A stretch of DNA of 64,000 bases. Source: Macrostomum hystrix. Lineage: Eukaryota; Animalia; Platyhelminthes. The notes under the pieces were generated by a model. That model saw only the letters and a program-made list of their open reading frames with translations. It made no database searches and was not told the origin of the DNA. The translations under genes and the position numbers were made by a program. Shown in pieces: positions 34,435 through 46,600 of the stretch (position 1 is its first letter; every line of letters starts with the position of its first letter). The stretch spans positions 2,356,001-2,420,000 of the forward strand of contig CATNEN010000039.1 of assembly GCA_950097015.1 (NCBI GenBank). The letters run 5' to 3'.

Positions 34435-34435
34435 C

Positions 34436-34470
<35 letters not shown>

Positions 34471-34471
34471 C

Positions 34472-34538
<67 letters not shown>

Positions 34539-34555
34539 CACAGACAGACAGACAC

Positions 34556-34637
<82 letters not shown>

Positions 34638-37600
34638 CGTGGCGTTCCCTGCGTGCTTCTTGCCGGCCTTGCCGATGATGAAGATCTGGCCGCGGCGCAG
34701 ACCGAGGCTCTGATAGACGCTGATGTCCTTGGAGGAGCCGTAGGCGGCGTGGATGGCGAGGCCGGCCTGGCCAGCCAGTCTGGTGAGGCAGGCGGTCTTC
34801 TGGCGCAGCGGCTCAGCCGAGAAGCCGTCCATGAAGAACACCATGCCGTGAGGGAAATTGTGCTGCGCCAGCCAGCCAACAACCCGGCGCTGCTGCATGT
34901 CGGGCCTGGCGGTGATGTACACCAGCAGGTAGCCGAGGTCCTGCCAGTGACGAACAACGTCAACAGCGCCCGGCCGCACTTTGGGATCGGCGCCCATGAT
35001 GGACACGCTGGCGGCGAACGAGCCGTCGACGGAGAACACGACGCACTCGGTGGCCGGCGGCAGCACGGCCAGGTTTAAATCGGCGCACGAATGGTCGCCC
35101 CTGGCAACCATCTTAACCGGGTAGACACCCTGGGGCAGGCGGCGCTCGGCAGGCACGGGAAAGGTGGCCTTGCCGTGACTATCGGTGCTGCAGCTGCCCA
35201 GGTGGCTCCACTCGCCGCCGCTCGGCGGTTGCGACATCACGTGGACGTCGATCTAGGGGCGGGGTGAGAAAGCGTGTTTTAGCATGGGAGATTTTAGTTC
35301 TAAGTATGGGATTTTTTTCTTGGGTAATTTTACATTCATGCATGAGATATTGTATTGGAGCATGGGAGATTTTGGGAGATATCGTATTGGAGCATGGGAT
35401 ATTTTGGGAGATATCGTATTGGAGCATGGGATATTTTGGGAGATATCGTATTGGAGCATGGGATATTTTGGGAGATATCGTATTGGAGCATGGGATATTT
35501 TGGGAGATATCGTATTGGAGCATGGGATATTTTGGGAGATATCGTATTGGAGCATGGGATATTTTGGGAGATATCGTATTGGAGCATGGGATATTTTGGG
35601 AGATATCGTATTGGAGCATGGGATATTTTGGGAGATATCGTATTGGAGCATGGGATATTTTGGGAGATATCGTATTGGAGCATGGGATATTTTGGGAGAT
35701 ATCGTATTGGAGCATGGGATATTTTGGGAGATATCGTATTGGAGCATGGGATATTTTGGGAGATATCGTATTGGAGCATGGGATATTTTGGGAGATATCG
35801 TATTGGAGCATGGGATATTTTGGGAGATATCGTATTGGAGCATGGGATATTTTGGGAGATATCGTATTGGAGCATGGGGAATTTTCTTGTGATTAAATGC
35901 TCAAATACTTTAAGCTGCCGGCAAAGCTCACAATTTCATCGGACAGTGACAGCATGTCCAGCGGGCCGTACATGAAGCGAGCGGTCAGCACCTGGGCCTG
36001 GCCCTCCGCAACGATGACGTCATTGGCCCGGTGATTCGGCGCGGCGTTCTATGACAATGGTCACGCAATGATGGATGCCAAAAAGCGGATTTGAGATTGA
36101 TATCTGAGTACAGACCACAAGCAAAAAGAAGCTCGCAATGCTCACCTTGAGTTTTATGGCGTTTGCGCGATTGCGCCATTTCTCCTTGTGACGCCCCGGG
36201 ACACGAAGCGTGGACCTGGCCCAACAGGTGGCGAGGAGGAGACAAAATATGTCTAACAGGTTGCAGCTACTGTCTAACAGGTTGCAGCTACTGTCTAACA
36301 TGTTGCAGCTACTGTATAACAGGTTGCAGCTACTGTCTAACAGGTTGCAGCTACTGTCTAACAGGTTGCAGCTACTGTCTAACAGGTTGCAGCTACTGTC
36401 TAACAGGTTGCAGCTACTGTCTAACAGGTTGCAGCTACTGTCTAACAGGTTGCAGCTACTGTCTAACAGGTTGCAATGCCAAATGCCAGACGCGAACCCT
36501 GAAAGCACACCTTTCATCGGCCAGGCCGGACAATGAGTCGGTGGCCGCCGAACCGGTGATCTCTAGCAGTTCAGCAACGCTGGCCGCGTCAACGAATTGG
36601 CGCAGGATGAAGGCGGCGGCGTCGGCGCTCTCCCAGTAGCTGGCGTGAAACAGCAGCGGCATGGCGTTGATGGGGAATCGGCTGAGCGTGTCCGGGCAGT
36701 GCAGGCTGTAGTCCAGGCGTTTCGGGCCCCACCAACGGCGACAGACTGGGCAGTGAGTGGCAAGCCAGCGGGATTATTAATTTCTGAGCACTCTGAGCAA
36801 ATGAGAGAGCTCAGGAGAAAAAGCGGAGAAGGCAGAGGGAAAAGGAGCATCTGAAGGCTGCGTACGGCTGTTCAGTCCATGGACTGCGGGGACGCCAAAC
36901 CCACCCTCAATTACCCCAGCAGATGCTGGCACCCATTTAACAGCAGGGTGAACTGAAGCAATGCATTATGAGTTGCAATGCAATGAGTTAAGTGTCTTGC
37001 TAAAGGACACAATTTGTTCCAGTGGAGTCTGGAATCAAACCCCCGACATGTCAAGTCGTAGGTCCGAAACTTTAACAGTCGGAGGGGCAAAGAGAGAGGT
37101 GTGAAGGGAGAAGAGAGGAGAGGAGAGAGCGGAGATGGACGAAGAGAGGGGAGAGATAGAGCAGTAGAGAAAGTAGAAGATAGTAAAAAAGAGTTTGAGA
37201 CTAGTGAATAAAACAGTTCAATTCATTCGTTACCAATTAAATATTACATTAACTATTTGCTAGTCTACACAAATGAATGAAATAATTTCTAAAGACTGCT
37301 TTGCGAAATTTGTTATTTCTATAATTGAGGCACAAATAACTCCGGAGGTGGCAGTTAAAGTCACACAGAAGATGACGCGGACACAGAACACGGACTAGAC
37401 GAGTGACTGCAGGTGTGAATTTCTGGTAAATCTATGTCAATAATTTCTATTCATATCCGACTATGAGTGATAACTGTAGTCACAAAAAGCAATGCAGGAT
37501 TCTAAAAAACTTCTGCTCCTAAATCGTGTAAAAAACAGACTAACAATGTCATATTTACGTAATCTGAATAAAGACAAACTAATGCCACAAAGGGCCACTT

Positions 37601-40600
37601 CTTGGGGGTTGCAAACTGAGGGGATGATTGAAAAACTGAGGGGATAATTGAAAAACTGAGGGGATGATTGAAAAACTGAGGGGATGATTGAAAAACTGAG
37701 GGGATGATTGAAAAACTGAGGGGATAATTGAAAAACTGAGGGGATATTTGAAAAACTGAGGGACTACTTTGAAAACTGAAGGATAATTTGGAAATTGAGG
37801 GCATCATTTGGAAAATGAGGGGATAATTTGGAAACTGAGGGAATAAATAGGAAAATGAGGGGATAATTTGGAAACTGAGGAGACAAAAAATATTTTTTCA
37901 GCTTTTTACAAATTGAGTGAACCTAAAGTTGCTAAAAAACGAAAAATCAGTGAGGCATTTAAAAAACGTCACTCCGAAGACATCATGACAAACCCAAGGT
38001 AAAAACAGAGGCCACAGACACGAGTAGTTTACAGCCGTGTAAATACTTGTATGAAATTCCGCCTGCCAGCCCACCCGACTGCAGCGCTGGTGGATTCAAA
38101 TATGCAATAAAATTGGTTGAGGAACTTTGTGACAACTTTGGAATTAACTTCAGGCCAGTCTGAGTTATCGACTCACCGCTCTGAATAGCCTGCACGTGCG
38201 ACAGCTCCAGGCTGCTGCTGGCGTTCGAGCTGCTGGAGTCCTGCCGCGACAGCTGCCTCGCCGTGGCCTCGCTAACGCCCTCGCCGCCGCCGCCAGCCAG
38301 AAATACGTCGCCGCAGTTGGTGACAGCCTCCAAAACTGAGAGAGGCTGGCCGTCCCCGCATGGCAACAGGCTGTACTTTGGCAGCTGCACCGGAGCCAGC
38401 CAACGGAATCGATCAGCCAGCAGAGGCTCCATGCGAAATGAGCAGGGATCGCTGGTGTGGAACAGGTTGTACACCTGCCCGCAGGCTGGCCGAGCTGCCG
38501 GAGAGGTGGTGGAAGGGGAAACGGTTGTGGCTCCCGGATGCGGCGAGCGGGGGGATAACTGACAGCTGAGACAGGTGAGTGGATAATTGACAGCTGAGAC
38601 AGGTGAGTGGATAACTGACAGCTGAGACAGGTGAGGGGATAACTGACAGCTGAGACAGGTGAGTGGATAACTGACAGATGAGACAGGTGAGTGGATAACT
38701 GACAGCTGAGACAGGTGAGTGGATAACTGACAGCTGAGACAGGTGAGTGGATAACTGACAGCTGAGACAGGTGAGTGGATAACTGACAGCTGTGGCAGGT
38801 GAGGGGATAACTGACAGATGAGACAGGTGAGTGGATAACTGACAGCTGAGACAGGTGAGTGGATAACTGACAGTTGTGGCAGGTGAGGGGATTAAAACTT
38901 CGAGCAATACGACTCAAAAGCAGCTACTTTGACCAGAATAAACAAAGCGAAGGGTTTATCTTGTAGACACAGATACTTAATTTCGAACATGTAAAATCAA
39001 ATAACCTCACAGCCTGTTGCTACAACAGTCAATTATTACAATGAACGAATGCGGAAATATGAATTTAATACAAGCTTTTACTAGAAGAACTACTATTTTT
39101 TGCCAATGCTACATAAAATTTGTTAGAAAACAAAAATATAACAACCATTCCTGATTTAATAACAATAATTACAACTGAAGTTGTCCCGTATGTTTAAGAC
39201 ATTTTCAAATGACAGATCTTGGTAAACCAAAATCAAGTAGAGAAATGACCTATTCTGGCACCTAGTAAATAAATGAATAAATCAAAAGGAAAGTTATGGA
39301 TAGGAAAAGAACTTTTGAACCAGTCACTATGCCATCAACATTTCAAAAAACGAAAAACTCGTTCTACCTACATGCACGCTGGCATACTTAGTACGAGCTA
39401 ATTAACAGGTCGATAAATTTTTTCTCTGTTTAAATATTTACTATTTATATTTTCAAATCATTTCATAACCCTTGAGTTCAAACTGATTAGGAGTGGAATT
39501 AAATGATTACGTAAGAGAAATCATCCCCACGATGGGACTAAAAGATCCCCAACAATAAAAGTATCTCGATGTAGGATTAAATTATCCCAATCGTAAACAA
39601 TCCCTTAGATGATATTCTTATTATGGTGGGATTCTGTGATCCACAAGACGTATTTACAACGAATTTGGGATTTATTATCAAGGTGGGATGGTGCTACCCC
39701 AAAAATTATTTATAGCAAAGTGGGATTTATTTATCTAGCAAAACGGATTCCTAGCAAAAAGGGATCTTTGATCCCCCGAAAATACTTAATATCGAAATGG
39801 GATTTCCCAAAAAAGGATTAATTATCGAGGTGGGATTTCCCAAAAAGGGTTTCTTTTCGAGGTGGGATTTCCCAAAAAGGATTTATTATCCTTGGTGGGA
39901 TTTCTCAAAAAGGGTTTCTTTTCGAGTTGGGATTTCCCAAAATGGGTTTCTTTACGAAGGTGGGATTTCCCAAAAAGGGTTTATTTTCGAGGTGGGATTT
40001 CCCAAAACGGGTTTCTTTACGAAGGTGGGATTTCTCAAAAAGGGTTTCTTTTCGAGTTGGGATTTCCCAAAATGGGTTTCTTTACGAAGGTGGGATTTCC
40101 CAAAAAGGGTTTATTTTCGAGTTGGGATTTCCCAAAAAGGGTTTATTTTCGAGGTGGGATTTCCCAAAACGGGTTTCTTTACGAAGGTGGGATTTCTCAA
40201 AAAGGGTTTCTTTTCGAGTTGGGATTTCCCAAAATGGGTTTCTTTACGAAGGTGGGATTTCCCAAAACGGGTTTCTTTTCGAGTGGGATTTCCAAAAAGG
40301 GCTTCTTTTCGAGGTGGGATTTCCAAAAAGGGCTTCTTTTCGAGGTGGGATTTCCAAAAAGGGTTTCTTTTCGAGGTGGGATTTCCAAAAAGGGTTTCTT
40401 TTCGAGGTGGGATTTCCAAAAAGGGTTTATTTTCGAGTTTTGATTTCCCAAAAAAGATTTATTACCGACGTGGTATATCCTAAACAGATTTCTAATCAAG
40501 GTGGGGTTTCCCAAAAATATTTATTACCGAGGTTGGATTCCCTGTTGCCGTATGAGTACTTTTTAGTTCGACCTGATCTCTAAATTCTTATATTCTGTGC

Positions 40601-43600
40601 AAGTCTAAATAAAAATTGTTAGTAAATACAATATCCATAGCCTATGTACTCAGGCTCATACCTGTATCGGAGATATGAAACACGATAGCTGTAGTGTTTT
40701 ACACGCATCACTGGCTAGATTATTGTATTCAGTTTTTAGTAAACTAGCAATAAAAAGTGACAACTAGAATAAGCCGGTCAAAGAGCGCATTGTGGCGGGA
40801 CAGATAAATTACCCTGGAAGGCGGTCTGCAGGTCCGCCGGCAGGCCTGTGATAGATTTGTTTTCAATAAATAATAAAATACACACACATACTACTGAAAT
40901 CGCAGTTTGCTTAATTCAATCAATTTACCAGCGAATGTGAGAGAAGCAATGAACTAAAATTATGAAAAAATTCTGCAATCCAGAAACTCGATTACGATTA
41001 GAGCGCGGTTTGGGATTAATTATGACAGGACAAGGATTAGGATACGATAATGGGATGTAGACTGATATTAGGCCGTCTGACTATAATTGTGATTGCGATC
41101 ACTACTGGACAGTGGCATTGGGATCAGGTTTGGGATTAGACTGTAGGAATAACATCAGAATTGGGATCAAACACCGCGATTGGGATTGGGAATAGAAAGG
41201 GGGATAGGGATTTGGAAGGATTAGGATTATAATCAGACCATGAGATTATGATTGGAATTAGACCGTGGAAAAATTATTAGCATTGGGATTAGACAGTGAG
41301 ATTCGGTTTGGGATTAGACAGTGAGATTAGGTTTGGGATTAGACAGTGGGATTAGGTTTGGGATTAGACAGTGAGATTAGGATTGGGATTAGGTTTGGGA
41401 TTAGACAGTGAGATTAGGATTGGGATTAGACAGTGAGATTAGGATTGGGATTAGACAGTGGGATTAGGATTGGGATTAGACAGTGGGATTAGGTTTGGGA
41501 TTAGGTTTGGGATTAGACAGTGAGATTAGGTTTGGGATTAGACAGTGAGATTAGGATTGGGATTAGGTTTGGGATTAGACAGTGGGATTAGGTTTGGGAT
41601 TAGACAGTGAGATTAGGATTGGGATTAGACAGTGAGATTAGGTTTGGGATTAGACAGTGAGATTAGGTTTAGGATTAGACAGTGGGATTAGGTTTGGGAT
41701 TAGGTTTGGGATTAGACAGTGAGATTAGGATTGGGATTAGACAGTGAGATTAGGATTGGGATTAGGTTTGGGATTAGACAGTGGGATTAGGTTTGGGATT
41801 AGACAGTGAGATTAGGATTGGGATTAGACAGTGAGATTAGGTTTGGGATTAGACAGTGAGATTAGGATTGGGATTAGACAGTGAGATTAGGATTGGGATT
41901 AGATCTTGGTATCAGATTTGGGTTCCTAATAGCATTGAAGTCAATGCTACAAGAAGAGCAGCAACGAATTCCTACGTTATCCAAGGGAAATCTCAGCATG
42001 ATTTCTAAGGCCAGTGGAAGCGCACAGCTGCACCTACCGCACTTGTCTCTCTGGCTGGCGATACGCCTGTAGGCCAGCACAAGGGCCAGGGGGCAGCCCA
42101 ACAGGAACAGGTCCGACACATCGAACCCCAGCCCGAATTCTTCTGCATTGTTAGTCTGGGCAGCGGCACCCTCATTCAGCGACTGAAGTCTCCGGGCTGC
42201 GCTGCGACCTCCGCTGCCAGCACCTTCATCGCCAGACGTTGAAGCCGAAGCTGAAGGCAGCGGCATCGACGGTTTTGGCTTCAACCGCTGCCGCTGCTCG
42301 AGGCGATCTGGCGCCGAGTCCAGCTTGTGCACCGGCGGGCGAGTCGCCGGACTCTCGCTGCCGTTGAGCCCGCCGACGCTGCCACCACCGCCGCCGTCGG
42401 CCTTGCGAGACTGACGCACCCGCGTCAGGACGTCGTAGCCGACAATGCCGCCGGTGCTGTCGCCTATGATGCACACCTGAGAAATGAGAAATGGGGAATG
42501 GGAAATAGGAAATGGGGAATGGGAAATGGGAAATGAGAAATGGGAAATGGGAAATGGGGAATGGGAAATGGGAAATGAGAAATGGGAAATGGGGAATGGG
42601 AAATAAGAAATCAGACAGCAAGACTCTTAGCAATGAGAAATTGAACAGTCAGAAACTAAGGTAATGCAGGTACCTTAATCATTACTTCCTCACCTGTCCA
42701 GTAAAGTTACGCCCCTCCTGGGACGCTAGGAACTCTCTGTAGCGCTCATTTATTCGCCCGGCAACCGTTGCCAGGGTGGCGGCGTACTCAGGCGAGCTGG
42801 TGAACAGCAGCGGCACGGTTGCTATGGGGATGTGATCGTAGGCCAGTGTCACAGAGGCATCAGCCTGGCTTGCCGCGCCCCGCTGCAGCCGATACTGGTA
42901 GGGCGACACCGTGGTCAGAGCCTGCAGGGCCTCAGTCACCTGCGGACGACAATTCAAGATTTGGACAGAAAATGTGAGACAGGTCACTGATTCTATCTTC
43001 AACTCTCGCTTCTGTAGCGACTCAAACGCTTCTTAAACTACTCAAACGCTTCTTAAACGCTTCTTAATGCACACGCTTAACTCACCAGAGGCGGCACTGA
43101 CACAAGCCTGACAGCAAACCTGCCAGCCAGGCAGCGGTAATGCTGGCCAACCAGGGATGCCAGGGTGGCCCGCAGGGTGGCAATGTCCGCGTGCTTGTTG
43201 TGGTACTCGTGATTCGTGTCCAGCACGCTGCCGCCGTGAAGCACCAGAAACAGGACGCGACAACCCGCGCCGCGGCTGGCGGCGGAAGACGAAGGCGCCG
43301 CAGAGACGGTCACGTGATGCCGATGACCGTCCGGTAGGCGATGCTCTGCGACAGCGGACGCGCAGGCAATTCCGGCAGCGGTGGCCATGGCTGCGAGATC
43401 CTGGGGGCTTGAGCAGCTGGCATAGGAGACAGTGTCAATCTCGGAGTTCGCGTCGAAAAATTCGTCGGCTTCGTCATCGTCTTCGCTGAAGCTGCCGCGC
43501 CTGCGTTGAATGGACTCGATGCTGTTGGCCTTCCAGCCAGCTGCTAGCGACGTGTCTGAGCGAAATTATAAGCAGACAATGTCTGGTGAGATCAGGAACT

Positions 43601-46600
43601 GGGACTTCCCTGATCGGAGGACTTGGATTTCCCCCAAACGGAGGACAAGGATTTCCCTGATCGGAGGACTAGGATTTCCCCCCAAACGGAGGACAAGGAT
43701 TTCCCTGATCGGAGGACTTGGATTTCCCCCAAACGGAGGACAAGGATTTCCCTGATCGGAGGACTTGGATTTCCCCCAAACGGAGGACTAGGATTTCCCC
43801 CAAACGGAGGACTAGGATTTCCCCCCCAAACGGGGGACTTGGATTTCCCCCACACTGAGGACTAGGATTTCCCTGATTGAAGGACTGGGATTGCCCTGAC
43901 CGGAGGACTAGGATTTCCGAGGACTAGGATTTCCCTGATTGGAGGACTGGGATTGCCCTGACCGGAGGACTAAGATAGCCTTGAACAGAGGTGTTTGATT
44001 TCCGTGACCGGAGGACTGGGATTTCCGTGACCGGAGGACTAGAATTTCCGAGGACTAGGATTTCCCTGATTGGAGGACTGGGATTGCCCTGACCGGAGGA
44101 CTAGGATTTCCCTGATTGGAGGACTGGGATTGCCCTGACCGGAGGACTAGGATTTCCCTGATTGGAGGACTGGGATTTCCCTGATTGGAGGACTGGGATT
44201 GCCCTGACCGGAGGACTAAGATAGCCTTGAACAGAGGTCTTTGATTTTCGTGACCGGAGGACTGGGATTTCCGTGACCGGAGGACTGGGATTTCCGTGAC
44301 CGGAGGACTGGGATTTCCCTGATCTAAACTTAGGGATTAGCCAGAATTGTCTGCAAAAAATAATTTTCTTACAAATGTTTAATTATTGCTGTGAAAGTTA
44401 CAATAAAAAGCGGAGCACTGAAATATTATTTTAGTATTTTAAAAAGCAGAATTTAACTGGCGTACTTAACTACGTTACAAGTTTTATAAGTAGGCTCATT
44501 AATAAATGAAAGATTGCATGCTTAACCCAAAGAAATGCAGCAGCCCAAAATCAAAAACAGCAAACAGCAAATATCTATAACCCCAAGCAACTAGAATCCC
44601 AAGCATCTGGAATCCCAAGTATCTAGAATCCCAAATATCTAGAATCCCAAATATCTAGAATAACAAATATCTAGAATCCCAAATATCTAGAATCCCAAGT
44701 TTCTAGAATCCCAAGCATCTGGAATCCCAAGTATCTAGAATCCCAAATATCTAGAATCCCAAATATCTAGAATAACAAATATCTAGAATCCCAAATATCT
44801 AGAATCCCAAGTTTCTAGAATCCCAAGAAACTAGAATCCCAAATATCTAGAATCCCAAGTATCTAGAATCCCAAATATCTAGAATCCCAAAGGCCTCTAA
44901 TATCAAAAGTCAATTAATCGAAATCATTTATATTACTGTCATTAATAACAGCTAAAAAGCTAAAAATGGCAGTAAAAAAATTAGAAATAGAAAAAAAGCA
45001 TTTTCTTTAAATCAGTTCCGCTTCCCAATGCAATCAGAAAACAGCTGCCTATAGTAAAAGTATTAGCAATTGATTGAATAAATGAAATTCTTTTTGAATT
45101 AAAAAGGTACAATATGGCAAAGAAAAAATCTATAAATTGATGGTTACCTAGCACCGAGGGAAAGTGCAAGTCGGCATCGTAGAACTGCAAGTCCTCTGAA
45201 AATAATTTGATAATGGCAGCATGTCAAATTGTGCGCAAAATGTCCTACTGTCCAACGTTTTTTAACTGCTAGTATGAATCGATTATCAATTTTTTCGATG
45301 TTGCTGTCAAAAACTCTGATGCGGAAACAAAACAAAAAAGCGTTTCCGACAAAAATATACGAGAGCAAAAAAATTTGACCTGAAATCGGACTTTAGATAG
45401 ACAGAAATGACACAGTCCATTTGGGCCAGATGTACAGTCCGTGGACTGGAATTTCTACCCGAACTGATGCTGGTACTCCTTTTACAAATGGGTGAGCTGC
45501 TGTTTTGAAATTCGCAAAACTGTCAAACCTAGCTACTTACAGTAGGGAGCAAAGCTTCAAGCAGTTTCAGCACTCACCCTGACTGGTGGCTCTGGTGCCC
45601 AGCTCCTCTGGCGAGGCGGCTGCTGATGCCAACGCCGCAGCGGATCCGGCCGCTGTAACTGTTCTAGACGAAACCGTGTCAATATTCTTCCCATCCCCGG
45701 CTGCCACAGTGTGGTCCTGGGAGACAGGTGAGATGTACTTGTGCTTAGGAAATAGACTGGGAATATCACAGGGAACTACTGACCCACAAGGTACCTAAAC
45801 CATCCACCTGGTACCTAAACACACCCACCTGGTACCTAAACCACCCACCTGGTACCTAAACACACACCTGGTACCTAAACCACCCACCTGGTACCTAAAC
45901 ACACCCACCTGGTACCTAAACCACCCACCTGGTACCTAAACACACACACATGGTACCTAAACACACACACCTGGTACCTAAACACACACACCTGGTACCT
46001 AAACACACACACCTGGTACCTAAACACACACACCTGGTACCTAAACACACACACCTGGTCCCTAAACCACCCACCTGGTACCTAAACAGACACACCTGGT
46101 ACCTAAACCACCCACCTGGTACCTAAACCACCCACCTGGTACCTAAACATTTCTCAGAAGTGATTTGAGCAGTTTACAAAATCTCAGGTCAGCACCTGCT
46201 CCTGCTCAGCCACAGCGGCGGCCATTTTGTCCTGCAGAGCCGCGGCAGTCTCGGCCTCCAGGCGTCGAATATCCTCCATGGTGAGGCCGACCCATTCGTC
46301 CTGCCAGGCCCACGCCTGCCTGTGAGCCCGCAGCATGGTCTTGCGCAGGGCCACGTCATGAATGAAGCGCTCAATTTTGGTCTGCATGCCCCAGTAGCGA
46401 AACTCCACGCGGCACAGCTTGTAGCTGCACATGATGGCTGACCTGCCGTCCCGAGTCAGCGGCTTAGCCGAGGCCTCCTCCCGCCAGCTGTCGCTTAGCG
46501 GACCCCGGCCGGTGCGCTCGGATACAAACAGACGGGGATCTTCCTCCCGACTGTACTGGCCAGGGTCGACCGGGTCACGGACAATGTCAATGTAGTCCAC

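Noticed and set aside
41284-41905. Telomere-like look of the GATTAGG repeats
   Set aside because: There are no TTAGGG tandem runs; it is a 25-bp unit.
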